DNA from: an uncultured virus (IMG/VR IMGVR_UViG_3300024999_000036)
Taxonomy: Duplodnaviria; Heunggongvirae; Uroviricota; Caudoviricetes
Strand: one strand, 5' to 3'
Length of the DNA: 38,669 nt
IMG/VR virus record: IMGVR_UViG_3300024999_000036
The notes beneath the pieces are model-generated. The model saw only the letters and a program-made list of their open reading frames with translations. It was not told the DNA's origin and ran no database searches. A program made the translations under genes and the position numbers. Shown one piece after another: positions 28,284 through 37,677 of this stretch; position 1 is the first letter of the stretch; each line of letters starts with the position of its first letter.

Positions 28284-28304
28284 GTATCACCACCTTCATA
28301 TATT

Positions 28305-28520
28305 TTAATCAATCCATTTTACATCTTTCCATTTGAAATAATAATAAAATAATATATCGCCAATAAAATATTCATAAACATATATTTTTGTGTATTCTTG
28401 TTGATAAGTTACTTTTTCTAACCATCTATATTCTTTATCAATACATTTAGGAATAATTAAATATTTGCTTTTAATTCTAATATCTCCCTCTTTAATTGAT
28501 TCTTTGTGTTTCCATCTCAT
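28305..28520 (-). CDS. Hypothetical protein
   Basis: ORF with RBS. Confidence 0.6.
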   Translation of the reverse strand: MRWKHKESIKEGDIRIKSKYLIIPKCIDKEYRWLEKVTYQQEYTKIYVYEYFIGDILFYYYFKWKDVKWID

Positions 28521-28552
28521 AATTATCTCCTTTCTATATTATAATAAAAGCA

Positions 28553-28747
28553 TTATTTTAAATTATTTAAATCTTTTAAAATTTTATCACATTCTTCTTT
28601 ACTAAGTTTTATTTCTAATGATTTAAGAGACAACCCTTTTTCTAATTCATTTTGTAGTATTCTAATTGCTTTATTAAATCCTTCTGTATACCCTTCATGA
28701 TAACCTTTTTGATATCCCATCTGCTCGCCATAAACATATTGTTCCAT
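28553..28747 (-). CDS. Hypothetical protein with GYxxG repeats
   Basis: ORF with RBS. Confidence 0.6.
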   Translation of the reverse strand: MEQYVYGEQMGYQKGYHEGYTEGFNKAIRILQNELEKGLSLKSLEIKLSKEECDKILKDLNNLK

Positions 28748-28772
28748 AGTTATTTCTCCTTTCTAATAAAAA

Positions 28773-29087
28773 TCAATTTAATTCTAATTGTTTTCTTAAC
28801 ATTTTTACTTCTTCTTGCAATTCATATGTTACTATTGTATGCCATTCTGATAAATTTTTAGCATTAAGTTTATTTTTAAATGATACTAATTTAGATTGAC
28901 ATTCATAAAACATATTAATTGGTGCTTTAGTATCTGTATTTTCAGCATATATTTTTAATGCTATTAATTCATTTATTAATGTTTGAATATAATCAAGATA
29001 ATCTTTTTTAGCTTGATTAGTAGTTTTTTCTACTGTATATCCCATAACTTCATAATCATTAATGTACATACTATTCTTTTTTGCCAT
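28773..29087 (-). CDS. Hypothetical protein
   Basis: ORF with RBS. Confidence 0.6.
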   Translation of the reverse strand: MAKKNSMYINDYEVMGYTVEKTTNQAKKDYLDYIQTLINELIALKIYAENTDTKAPINMFYECQSKLVSFKNKLNAKNLSEWHTIVTYELQEEVKMLRKQLELN

Positions 29088-29279
29088 TTTATTCTCCTTT
29101 AATTTAATTTACCAATTTAATCCCATACAAACTATTGATAAAATATAGTTACTTTCACCTTTAACAGTATCTATTACATCTTGCATTGTCTGAGCAATGC
29201 ACATTTCAGTTGTTTCATCTTCATATATTACTAAGAATCTAAAATATGAACGTGCCATAAATATCTTCTCCTTTTTAAT

Positions 29280-29543
29280 CTATTTTTTATATTCTAATGC
29301 CCTATCCCAACATAATTCACATTGTTCAATTTGTTCAGAATATGTACTAACACTTTCCTTTTCACATTCACCAATAAAATCATCTAGTCCAAATGCACTA
29401 GGACAATGGCTTACTAAACATGTTTTATCAATGATGTTTTTCCTTAACGTATTTTTAATATCTATAGATGCTTGCAAATGATCTATATCACCAGTTTTAA
29501 TATTATTACAATATTTAAGTATTATTTCTTTTCCTGTTTTCAT
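29280..29543 (-). CDS. Hypothetical Cys-containing protein
   Basis: ORF with RBS. Confidence 0.6.
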   Translation of the reverse strand: MKTGKEIILKYCNNIKTGDIDHLQASIDIKNTLRKNIIDKTCLVSHCPSAFGLDDFIGECEKESVSTYSEQIEQCELCWDRALEYKK

Positions 29544-29558
29544 AATATTTAGTCCTTT

Positions 29559-30131
29559 CTACTTTAGCTTTGATTTTAAATAATATCTAATATTCATAAG
29601 TTTAGTTAATATATTCTTATAATCATCAATATTTTTCCATAATAAATCTATATTTTCTATACTAATATAATCATTTTTATTACTCATAATTTTTATTATA
29701 GTTTTATCATTCCATATACATAAATTCTTATTGCAATCCAAATTTAAATGTATTTTTTCTCCTCTTATGTCTAACATATAACAATACAAAAGTATTTCTG
29801 ATAATAAATTAATCAATCTATCTTGATATGATTGAATTTCTGATTTTTCATATGTATAATATATTTCTTTAACCTGCCAATATATAGTATCCCAACTAAT
29901 TAGCATATGTATATTAGGACAAATATCATTATTATAAAATACTATTTCTTTTCGTCTCCAATATTCTTCCGATAAATCATTTATAATGTAGTTATATTTT
30001 TTATCTTTATTAAATTCTTCAATACAATTCACCACAGCAGAATCAATATTATTTTTATTTTTATTATAACTTAGTTTGGCATTAAGTTTTTCTACTATAA
30101 TTCTATATCTATGATCTATTTTATTACTCAT
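29559..30131 (-). CDS. Hypothetical protein
   Basis: ORF with GAGGTG RBS. Confidence 0.65.
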   Translation of the reverse strand: MSNKIDHRYRIIVEKLNAKLSYNKNKNNIDSAVVNCIEEFNKDKKYNYIINDLSEEYWRRKEIVFYNNDICPNIHMLISWDTIYWQVKEIYYTYEKSEIQSYQDRLINLLSEILLYCYMLDIRGEKIHLNLDCNKNLCIWNDKTIIKIMSNKNDYISIENIDLLWKNIDDYKNILTKLMNIRYYLKSKLK

Positions 30132-30143
30132 ATATGTTACACC

Positions 30144-30866
30144 TCATAATTTATATTCTTTCCATTCTATTGATTGAGTTTTATAATCTAACTCATCATA
30201 ATTTATTTCTTTATTTTTAATAATATTTTTTAGATTATTAATCATTTTTGGTAATATGTTTTTTATTAAATCATTTTGATGGTTGTAGTCTTTAGGTTTA
30301 ATATTTAAATCCTGTTTAATTACATCTTCATAATTGTATGAAGTATATCTATAGCTTTCATATAATGCAAATTTTAAATATTCGTCTAATGTAGCAATCA
30401 TTTTTGTATTAAAATTAAGCAACATTATTTGTTTAAATAATTCTTGTATTTTATTATATAAAGCATAATCATCATATTTTTGTAATTCATATTTATATTT
30501 AATATTTAATTCATTATACTTAGAAATTAATATTTTTTCTTTAGTATCTTCATCTATTCTATACCAATTATCTTTACTTATTCCTACTTCTATAATCGCA
30601 TTGTGTTTTCCTATACATTTAAATATTAAAAATGGCTTACTATAAATTTTTGAATTATCTATTACATCTTCACTATAAATAAAAATAGTATCTTCAATTT
30701 TAGCATTGCTTAATTTTTCAATAATACAATTTTTTAATTCTTCATAAGATTCTATTTTGTTAGACGAATAACTTTCAGGTTCAATTTTAATATTTTTATT
30801 AATAAAATCATCTATCTTATAATAGAAATTTTGTTTGTCTTTTTTATTGACTAATAGTTTTTGCAT
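30144..30866 (-). CDS. Hypothetical protein
   Basis: ORF with RBS. Confidence 0.65.
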   Translation of the reverse strand: MQKLLVNKKDKQNFYYKIDDFINKNIKIEPESYSSNKIESYEELKNCIIEKLSNAKIEDTIFIYSEDVIDNSKIYSKPFLIFKCIGKHNAIIEVGISKDNWYRIDEDTKEKILISKYNELNIKYKYELQKYDDYALYNKIQELFKQIMLLNFNTKMIATLDEYLKFALYESYRYTSYNYEDVIKQDLNIKPKDYNHQNDLIKNILPKMINNLKNIIKNKEINYDELDYKTQSIEWKEYKL

Positions 30867-31045
30867 ATTATTTACTCCTTGTTTTTATCTTTATAATGAT
30901 CGCATCCATCCTTAAATCTTCTTTCTAACTCATGTAAGCTATAAATCTCTTTATTTAATTTACTACACCACATTTCACCCCACATTGCTTCGTGCATATA
31001 AATATACTTACAATTTGAACAATCAATCATATAACTATTCACCAC

Positions 31046-31255
31046 CTATAAAAACTTAGCATCTCTCAATGCAAAATTTCTTTCTTCACCTTTATCAATA
31101 TCAAAAGCTTGTAACATCCATTGTTCTTCTTTATGAAATTCTGTACTACCAAACCAAAATTTATAAGGAATAACTTTTCTTAAACTTGTTTCACCTTTCC
31201 AGTTTGTATATTCAAATTGTAGTATGGGAGCAAATACTGTATCCATATTATTCAT
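31046..31255 (-). CDS. Stand-alone WYL-like domain protein
   Basis: FEYTNWKGE...R.V.P...QWMLQAFD......RNFAL. Confidence 0.75.
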   Translation of the reverse strand: MNNMDTVFAPILQFEYTNWKGETSLRKVIPYKFWFGSTEFHKEEQWMLQAFDIDKGEERNFALRDAKFL

Positions 31256-31265
31256 TCTCCTTTAA

Positions 31266-31493
31266 TTATTTTTGTTCGCAAACAATCTTTAATATTTTAT
31301 AATTATGTTTCAATCTAAATTCATCTCTATTAATTTCTTGTGAAATTGCAATTTTAGCATCTTCTATATCGTTAAATATTATTGCTGTACCAGGATATGA
31401 TTTACATAATAACAATTCTTCTTCTCCACAACTATAACTTACAAAATACATATTGATTCCTCCTTTATATCTCCCAATCCAATCTTTGCCCAC
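31266..31493 (-). CDS. Hypothetical protein
   Basis: ORF; real start probably MYFVS after AGGAGG. Confidence 0.55.
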   Translation of the reverse strand: MGKDWIGRYKGGINMYFVSYSCGEEELLLCKSYPGTAIIFNDIEDAKIAISQEINRDEFRLKHNYKILKIVCEQK

Positions 31494-31749
31494 AATTACA
31501 ACAATACTTCATATCCTTGAAAGTTTCACCACATGAAAAACAATATGTAACTAATTTATTATATTGACCATCTGCATCAATTGGATGTCTTACTTTCATT
31601 GGAATTTGTTTTTCTAATGCTTTTATTGCTAAATCATAAAATACAACCATTCTTGGGTTTTCATCAGCAAAAGCAAATTCTTTTGAAGTTTTAAATTGTT
31701 CAATTGCTTCTTGTAGTTGTTTAGTGTTCATATTTATCCCTTTCATCAA
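31465..31749 (-). CDS. Phage Zn-ribbon protein
   Basis: ALEKQIP...CFSCG...YCCNCGQRLDW. Confidence 0.7.
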   Translation of the reverse strand: MMKGINMNTKQLQEAIEQFKTSKEFAFADENPRMVVFYDLAIKALEKQIPMKVRHPIDADGQYNKLVTYCFSCGETFKDMKYCCNCGQRLDWEI

Positions 31750-31993
31750 GATATTTTCTAATACAATTTAAACAATAATCTTTTTCTGCTCTATCTGGAA
31801 TTCCTGTAGTCATAAATTCTTTAAATTTTCTTATTTCTTTTCCACAATTATCACAAATTTCATCCCAAGAATACCAAATGCATTTATCAGGTTTATTTGA
31901 TTTTTCATTATATTTTACTCGCTGAATATTACTTTTCAAATTTATTTTCCTCCTTATATTGGTAAAATAAATGTTTATTTCATATACGGACAC
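31721..31993 (-). CDS. Hypothetical Zn-finger protein
   Basis: CDNC...CLNC; start uncertain. Confidence 0.55.
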   Translation of the reverse strand: MSVYEINIYFTNIRRKINLKSNIQRVKYNEKSNKPDKCIWYSWDEICDNCGKEIRKFKEFMTTGIPDRAEKDYCLNCIRKYLDERDKYEH

Positions 31994-32223
31994 TTATATA
32001 ATTTACATCCACAAATATTATGTGATAAACTATTATGTATAAAAGGATATTCTGGATGATATACTTTTAAATCATTAAGCATATGTGAAGAACACTTATC
32101 TATTACCTTCATCCCACATTCAGAACAGTAGTATCCAATTCTAAATGCTCTGCCACCTCTTATGTTTTCAGTTTTAACCAAGTATTTTATTACACTTCCT
32201 TTAGTTAATTCAATTTTGACCAA
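31975..32223 (-). CDS. Hypothetical Cys/His-rich protein
   Basis: ORF with GAGGTG RBS. Confidence 0.55.
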   Translation of the reverse strand: MVKIELTKGSVIKYLVKTENIRGGRAFRIGYYCSECGMKVIDKCSSHMLNDLKVYHPEYPFIHNSLSHNICGCKLYKCPYMK

Positions 32224-32261
32224 AATTAATCACCTCTTTAAAACTAAATCAAATAATTCTA

Positions 32262-32447
32262 TTATATTTTGCCTAAATAAGAATAATTAATTAAATATAG
32301 TTTACTAGTATTTATATAACTAATATGATGTTTTGTTTTTAAATACTCAACAAATTTATCTTTTGCTTCGTCAACATTATTTGCTTCAGTTTTTACACAA
32401 TGACTCATTACCCATTCTTCATCATAAATACAAACATATTCATCCAT
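32262..32447 (-). CDS. Hypothetical protein
   Basis: ORF with RBS. Confidence 0.6.
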   Translation of the reverse strand: MDEYVCIYDEEWVMSHCVKTEANNVDEAKDKFVEYLKTKHHISYINTSKLYLINYSYLGKI

Positions 32448-32479
32448 ATAATTACTCCTTTCTTTATAAAATGAAAGAT

Positions 32480-32740
32480 TTACTTACTTAATTTCTCCAT
32501 ATCATAATTATCTCTAATATAATCAATAACTTTATTTATTTCTGTTTGAATGTGCTTATCACCTTTCAATTCTGGATGGATTTTAACCATACACGAATTT
32601 TTACTACCATTAGTTTTATACTTGTTTAAATCAAATACTACCAATAATAAAGGTACTTCGGTGTAATTTTTGGTAAAGTTTTTCATTAACCATTTAAACA
32701 TAAACTTTATTCTCCTTCTTAATCCATCTTTTGACCACAA
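32480..32740 (-). CDS. Hypothetical protein
   Basis: ORF; real start probably MFKWL. Confidence 0.6.
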   Translation of the reverse strand: MWSKDGLRRRIKFMFKWLMKNFTKNYTEVPLLLVVFDLNKYKTNGSKNSCMVKIHPELKGDKHIQTEINKVIDYIRDNYDMEKLSK

Positions 32741-33042
32741 TGCTTACATACTTTCAATTCTTCTGCACATTTATCACATAATATATCAACACAAGTATTT
32801 TCAAAAGTTAATTCTTTATCACAATTAGCACAAATAACTGTAGTCATTGCAGAACCACCAATTCTTGAAGTATTAGCGTAGTAACAAAATTTACATAGAT
32901 GCTTTTCTTTAATCCTTATTTTCTTGTCTGGATCTGAATAGTATAATATTAATTTAGCAGATGTTTTATCTATATATTCTTTATTATAATATTTAGCATT
33001 TAACATTTTAGTTTTGTCTAATATTTGTTTTCTTGGTTGCAT
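32719..33042 (-). CDS. Multi-CxxC Zn-finger phage protein
   Basis: Four CxxC pairs, IGGSAMT motif. Confidence 0.7.
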   Translation of the reverse strand: MQPRKQILDKTKMLNAKYYNKEYIDKTSAKLILYYSDPDKKIRIKEKHLCKFCYYANTSRIGGSAMTTVICANCDKELTFENTCVDILCDKCAEELKVCKHCGQKMD

Positions 33043-33097
33043 ATTATTTCTCCTTTATTTTACCAGATTATTTTCTTCTTAATATGGTTATAATTCC

Positions 33098-33192
33098 ATT
33101 AGAGGAGTTGGCAAGAGAAGCAATGATATATAATATATATAATTCTTTGGAAGGGAATTAAGTTATTATGTATTATGCCAATTTCCTCTAAT
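33098..33192. other. Intergenic inverted-repeat element, candidate structured RNA
   Basis: ATTAGAGGAGTTGGCA / TGCCAATTTCCTCTAAT arms enclosing an inner hairpin TAATTC...GAATTA. Confidence 0.45.
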
Positions 33193-33198
33193 TTTAGT

Positions 33199-33450
33199 TT
33201 AATTACTGTTACTAATTTTTTCTATCTCATCTAAAATATTTTCATACGCAAATAAAATTCCTTGCCAATATCCTAAATTTTGACCACCAAAATAATTATG
33301 AGTTTCATTAGGTTTATCTCCATGAGATTCTTTTATTAAAGATATTCTTTTGTCTGCTCTTGATATTCTCTTTAATAAATATTCTTTAAAATTATTTATA
33401 TTTATCATTCCATTTCTTTTTATTGTCCCAATTCCATTCTTTTTCCACAT
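33199..33450 (-). CDS. Hypothetical protein
   Basis: ORF; start uncertain. Confidence 0.6.
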   Translation of the reverse strand: MWKKNGIGTIKRNGMININNFKEYLLKRISRADKRISLIKESHGDKPNETHNYFGGQNLGYWQGILFAYENILDEIEKISNSN

Positions 33451-33620
33451 TTACATTTAATAACACTAAATTCTTCTGCAATATCACTAGTAAAGTTTTT
33501 CATTTTATTATTGATACTATAATCCATATCTCCATCATACCAATCATATTTATCTTCTTTAATAATTTCTACTTCTTCAATAATTCCACAATCACATTCA
33601 AATCTGATAAATGCTTTCAT
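33420..33620 (-). CDS. Zn-ribbon microprotein
   Basis: CDCG...CKCG; AGGAGG RBS. Confidence 0.6.
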   Translation of the reverse strand: MKAFIRFECDCGIIEEVEIIKEDKYDWYDGDMDYSINNKMKNFTSDIAEEFSVIKCKCGKRMELGQ

Positions 33621-33639
33621 GTTTTCCTCCTAAATTTTA

Positions 33640-33663
33640 ATAAAATGTCGGTTTTATCATGAT
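33640..33663. repeat. Palindromic core site
   Basis: ATAAAA-tgtcgg-TTTTAT-CATGAT. Confidence 0.65.
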
Positions 33664-33667
33664 TTAA

Positions 33668-33714
33668 ACACTACATATAGTATTATTTAATTTTATTTAT
33701 ACTACATATAGTAT
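33668..33714. promoter_or_regulatory. Tandem NrdR-like boxes
   Basis: acaCTACATATAGTat (33668) and ataCTACATATAGTat (33699), 31 bp apart. Confidence 0.75.
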
Positions 33715-33741
33715 TTATAACAACACAAACATTTATTTGTT

Positions 33742-34293
33742 TTACAAACTATCTTTTTCTTTTATTAATCTTTGAATTTCTATTTCAATCTGTTTCTTTC
33801 TGTTTTCATTATCTATTATACGTAAATCACCTAATTCAGAATACCATTTTATATATTCATTTGATGTATCTTCATTACAATCTATAAATTTAGACTCATT
33901 ACATTTTCTTACAATAATTCTTGGTGTATATTCATCACAACTTCCATGTGTTCTCCATTCTAATTCTATTTCAAAATATATTTCATCTTTTTGTAAATAT
34001 CTATCTGGAAAATCTTTATCATCATTATATTCTTCTATTTCGTAAGTTTTTTCTATTGTTTCTCCAAAATGAATAGACATTGTACCATACGAATAAGCAT
34101 CTTCAGGATCTTGACTATAATTAATATAAAACTTTTTATTATTAGTTTTTTCAATTAATTCTAATAATAGAGGATGATTATCTTTTTGAATTAATACATA
34201 ATAAGGTACAACTTTTCTAAGATTATAACTATCACCTTTAAATTGTCCAATTAATTCTTTCTTAACTTCATTTAATAATCTATTTCTATTCAT
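33742..34293 (-). CDS. Hypothetical protein
   Basis: ORF with RBS; resembles 21699..22373. Confidence 0.7.
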   Translation of the reverse strand: MNRNRLLNEVKKELIGQFKGDSYNLRKVVPYYVLIQKDNHPLLLELIEKTNNKKFYINYSQDPEDAYSYGTMSIHFGETIEKTYEIEEYNDDKDFPDRYLQKDEIYFEIELEWRTHGSCDEYTPRIIVRKCNESKFIDCNEDTSNEYIKWYSELGDLRIIDNENRKKQIEIEIQRLIKEKDSL

Positions 34294-34374
34294 AGTATTT
34301 TATCTCCTTTATTTTTATTTTATTTTAATTTTCATATATTTTTCTATTATCATAAATAATTATTCTCCTTTAGT

Positions 34375-34683
34375 TTATTTATAATCTTCTCCAAATTTAA
34401 TAAATTCTCTTCCATCTTCATAACCTTCAAATAACAAATCAAAAACACTATCAAATGCTTTAGACATTGGAGAATCACCTGTTTCACTATCTAAACATTC
34501 TTCTATAATTTGTTTTGCTACAAATTCAGCAAACATTTGTTTTTTACCTTTTTTAACTTTTGATTCATTGTAATTATTAGGATAAAGTTCAAATGCTTTT
34601 ATTAAAATATTAATTGGGATTTCAATTGTTAATTTTTTATTTGTAAGTTTTGTTGTAAAACCAAAGTTTTCAAATTTTTTCAT
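34375..34683 (-). CDS. Hypothetical protein
   Basis: ORF with RBS. Confidence 0.65.
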   Translation of the reverse strand: MKKFENFGFTTKLTNKKLTIEIPINILIKAFELYPNNYNESKVKKGKKQMFAEFVAKQIIEECLDSETGDSPMSKAFDSVFDLLFEGYEDGREFIKFGEDYK

Positions 34684-34720
34684 AATTATATCTCCTTTAT
34701 TTATTTTTAAAAATTAATTT

Positions 34721-35332
34721 TTAATTGTCTAATTCTTCACTTAATTTATCTGCTTCTTCAAAACTCATTTCTTTCAAATAATTATATTCATCAGTAAATG
34801 AAATATTTGCATTCCATTTTTGTTTTAACCATTCTTCTTTTGTCATTGTATCTGTTTGTAAATCATATTCTAGAATATGAGAGCAAATTGGGTATCCATC
34901 TTCTGCATCATAACTTCCACCCATAAATCCTCTACTTCTATCTCCATTATCTTCATCAAAACTTGTGCAAAAATAATATATAAATTTTTCTCTTAATTCT
35001 TTTGATTCTGATATATATTCAGAAATAATTTGATATGCTTTATTATTAGAAGGAAAATCACATTCTCCATAATTTAATACTCCTGTTTCATATCCAAATA
35101 GTAAATCTTGAATCCATGTTTCATTATTTTGAATGATATAATCATATTTTTCTTTAGTTACAATACCTTTATTAAGCATCCATTGAAGAATATCTTTTCC
35201 ATTAATAAAACTTTCATTAGTATCTATTAAATCTTCACCTGCTTCACGCATCCATTGTACAATTGCAGAATAAACCATAACAGGATTTTTTAATTGCTCT
35301 TCATTTGTAATAATTGTTGATATTTTTCTCAT
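34721..35332 (-). CDS. Hypothetical acidic protein
   Basis: ORF with RBS. Confidence 0.7.
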   Translation of the reverse strand: MRKISTIITNEEQLKNPVMVYSAIVQWMREAGEDLIDTNESFINGKDILQWMLNKGIVTKEKYDYIIQNNETWIQDLLFGYETGVLNYGECDFPSNNKAYQIISEYISESKELREKFIYYFCTSFDEDNGDRSRGFMGGSYDAEDGYPICSHILEYDLQTDTMTKEEWLKQKWNANISFTDEYNYLKEMSFEEADKLSEELDN

Positions 35333-35336
35333 ATAT

Positions 35337-35768
35337 TCATTCTCCTTTATTATTTGATTTTTGTTTTTTCTTAACCTTCTTAATTTCTTCTACTAACTTA
35401 CTATCTTTTTCATTTCCTTCTTTTTTATCTTTCTTTAATTTTTTATCACACCATTTTAAAACACCGCAACAACCGACTATGCCTTTTACTGAATTATCTT
35501 TACACGTACTTCTTGGATACTCCATATATATTTCATATTCACTTTCAAGTCCTTCATTTACTTTCCATTTAGTTTTAATTATTTCTGTGATTAGGTTAGG
35601 ACATTTGCTTTGCGATGTGGATTCTTCACTACTTGAATCATCTTCATTTTCTATGTATTGTTTTTCATTTTCTATTTCTTCATCATCTTTGTGTTTATCA
35701 TCTATTAAACTACTTTTAATTTTTCTTATGATTAAAACCTTCTTTCTATTGTAGATAGTATATTTCAA
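35337..35768 (-). CDS. Hypothetical charged low-complexity protein
   Basis: ORF track. Confidence 0.5.
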   Translation of the reverse strand: MKYTIYNRKKVLIIRKIKSSLIDDKHKDDEEIENEKQYIENEDDSSSEESTSQSKCPNLITEIIKTKWKVNEGLESEYEIYMEYPRSTCKDNSVKGIVGCCGVLKWCDKKLKKDKKEGNEKDSKLVEEIKKVKKKQKSNNKGE

Positions 35769-36055
35769 TTTTTACCCATAAACTCTGCTAAATTTCTTAT
35801 CCCAACGATAGATTGAAATGCACTCATAAAATCACATAGTTGATATTTAATTCCTATATCTGGATCTGGTTTATTATTTTTATACAATAATTTATGTGTT
35901 TTATAACAATCATTTTTGAATTTATTAAACTCAAATTCTCCATGATTATTATAAAATATAATTCCATACATTGCTAACTTATCAATAATATTATTAAGCA
36001 TATTTAAATCTATATTTTGTATTCTTTTTAAAACTTGTGTTTCTAAATTTTCCAT
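35765..36055 (-). CDS. Hypothetical protein
   Basis: ORF with RBS. Confidence 0.6.
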   Translation of the reverse strand: MENLETQVLKRIQNIDLNMLNNIIDKLAMYGIIFYNNHGEFEFNKFKNDCYKTHKLLYKNNKPDPDIGIKYQLCDFMSAFQSIVGIRNLAEFMGKN

Positions 36056-36056
36056 A

Positions 36057-36335
36057 TTAATTTTCTCCCTTCTCTTTAATTATATAACCTTTACCATTAC
36101 ATTTACTACATGAATAATATGATACTGAATATCCACCATAACCACTACTATCAGAAATTTCACCAGTACTACGACATGTTTTACAAGTTGAAATAGATAT
36201 ATTCAAGGTGTCTTCAATTTTACCTAGTTTTTCATCTTCTTCTATTTCTTCTTTGAATAGTTTAGTCATTTTTTCTTTAATTGATTTTTTATTGTTCATT
36301 ATAATATCTATTTGTTTAGTTAAAATATCATTCAT
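36057..36335 (-). CDS. Protein with DnaJ-type CxxCxxxG Zn finger
   Basis: CKTCRSTG...CSKCNGKG. Confidence 0.65.
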   Translation of the reverse strand: MNDILTKQIDIIMNNKKSIKEKMTKLFKEEIEEDEKLGKIEDTLNISISTCKTCRSTGEISDSSGYGGYSVSYYSCSKCNGKGYIIKEKGEN

Positions 36336-36550
36336 AATTATTTTCTCCTTCTATTTAAAATAAGGACAATCTAATCTTGATTCTAATTTAAGACACAATA
36401 CACAAACATCATAACCACCCATAGTACATTGTAATTTACATTTACTGCATACACATTTTTCACAGATAGGATTTAAATCTATAAGTGAATAATTCTTTGT
36501 TTTTTAAAATATTTAGTTGACCATTTTAACATTTTTATTCCTCTTTTATA

Positions 36551-36808
36551 TTAATCTAATATATAATATTTCCCTTTCATGAATTCCTTTCCTAATCTAA
36601 TTTCATCCATATTATTATTTACTATAACTACTTTATCACCAAAAACACCTTGAATTGTCTTTCCATTAGACCATGCGGTCAATGCTTCTATAAAAGTTAC
36701 TTCTTTAGTTTTTTCACTTTTTAATTTAATTAATTGATTAAACTATTCTTTATCTTTAATATCTAATGCAATATCAATTAAATCATCATAGATAGTAGTA
36801 TTTTTCAT
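36551..36808 (-). pseudogene. IDEAL-like domain gene interrupted by an in-frame TAG
   Basis: LIDIALDIKDKE*FNQL... (TAG at 36743-36745 where the family usually has W); frame continues to TAA at 36551; strong RBS. Confidence 0.65.
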
Positions 36809-36832
36809 AGTTTTTATTTACCTCTCCTTATA

Positions 36833-37276
36833 TTAATCTGCACAACTATCACATTTTCCTGTATCATAATAATCAGCAAATAATTCTCCGCATACTGAAC
36901 AAACACTTAAACAATCGTCACAAAAATATTCATCAAAACTTTTATCTTTATTATGATATTTTAATTCTGAAGGTTTTAATGTTTTATTACAACCTTTACA
37001 ATATATTTCTAATGTTTCAATTTCTATTTTTACTTTAACTTTTCTATCCTTTTGAAAAATATCATTAGGATACAATCTAACTTTATCTCCTATTGGTTTA
37101 CAATTATCAAAATCTGAATCATCTATTTCTGCATAATCAAATACATCTATTTCTCTACCTTTTATTCTTTTAAATGTTTCTATGTCTACGTCCCAACAGA
37201 AACATTCATAATCACCAGAATTAATTGCTGTGAATTCTATTGTCTTTTTCATGTTAATTGGTCTCCTTTTTAACAA
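36833..37276 (-). CDS. Hypothetical protein with C-terminal Zn fingers
   Basis: Four CxxC pairs; real start probably MKKTI. Confidence 0.65.
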   Translation of the reverse strand: MLKRRPINMKKTIEFTAINSGDYECFCWDVDIETFKRIKGREIDVFDYAEIDDSDFDNCKPIGDKVRLYPNDIFQKDRKVKVKIEIETLEIYCKGCNKTLKPSELKYHNKDKSFDEYFCDDCLSVCSVCGELFADYYDTGKCDSCAD

Positions 37277-37677
37277 TATTTTTCTATTAATATACCACCT
37301 TTATCCATACACATTTTATAATAAAATTTATTAACTCTTTCCAACATTTCTTTGAAATCATCATATAATTCATCTGAATATACCTCTGTTGGTTCATTTA
37401 TATCTGTATTAAATCCTTCTTTAATTTCTTCCGTTAACCATTCTTCACAAAATTTAATAAATTTGTTTCTATTGCTAGTTGAAATAATAATTGTATTTTT
37501 CGTAACAGTAATACGATCTCTATTTTCTTGAAATTTTTCTTTAACCTTCTGAATAAATTTATCTTGATTTTTAGAATGATATAAATCACACATAAACCTA
37601 CCATCTTCATAAATTATTCTCATAATATTAATCTCCTTTAAACATTGATTTCCATTTATTCTTAATTTCTTTTTCAA
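37270..37677 (-). CDS. Hypothetical protein
   Basis: ORF; real start probably MRIIY. Confidence 0.6.
   Translation of the reverse strand: MKKKLRINGNQCLKEINIMRIIYEDGRFMCDLYHSKNQDKFIQKVKEKFQENRDRITVTKNTIIISTSNRNKFIKFCEEWLTEEIKEGFNTDINEPTEVYSDELYDDFKEMLERVNKFYYKMCMDKGGILIEKYC

Noticed and set aside
34707..34724. TTAAAA-attaat-TTTTAA palindrome (and similar all-A/T matches near 20908, 25963, 32238)
   Set aside because: Almost purely A/T with no ATCAT outer arm or accessory motif; indistinguishable from background
780..35754. Plus-strand ORFs in the track (780, 1713, 3444, 10410, 12995, 14943, 25410, 29197, 33423, 35314)
   Set aside because: Antisense shadows of minus-strand genes; Phe/Ile/Leu/Ser-rich composition, no RBS or recognisable motifs
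20281..36745. Genome-wide stop-codon reassignment (TGA or TAG)
   Set aside because: Only one case of each; TAG ends thyA and TGA ends other genes normally, and long conserved genes have no internal stops
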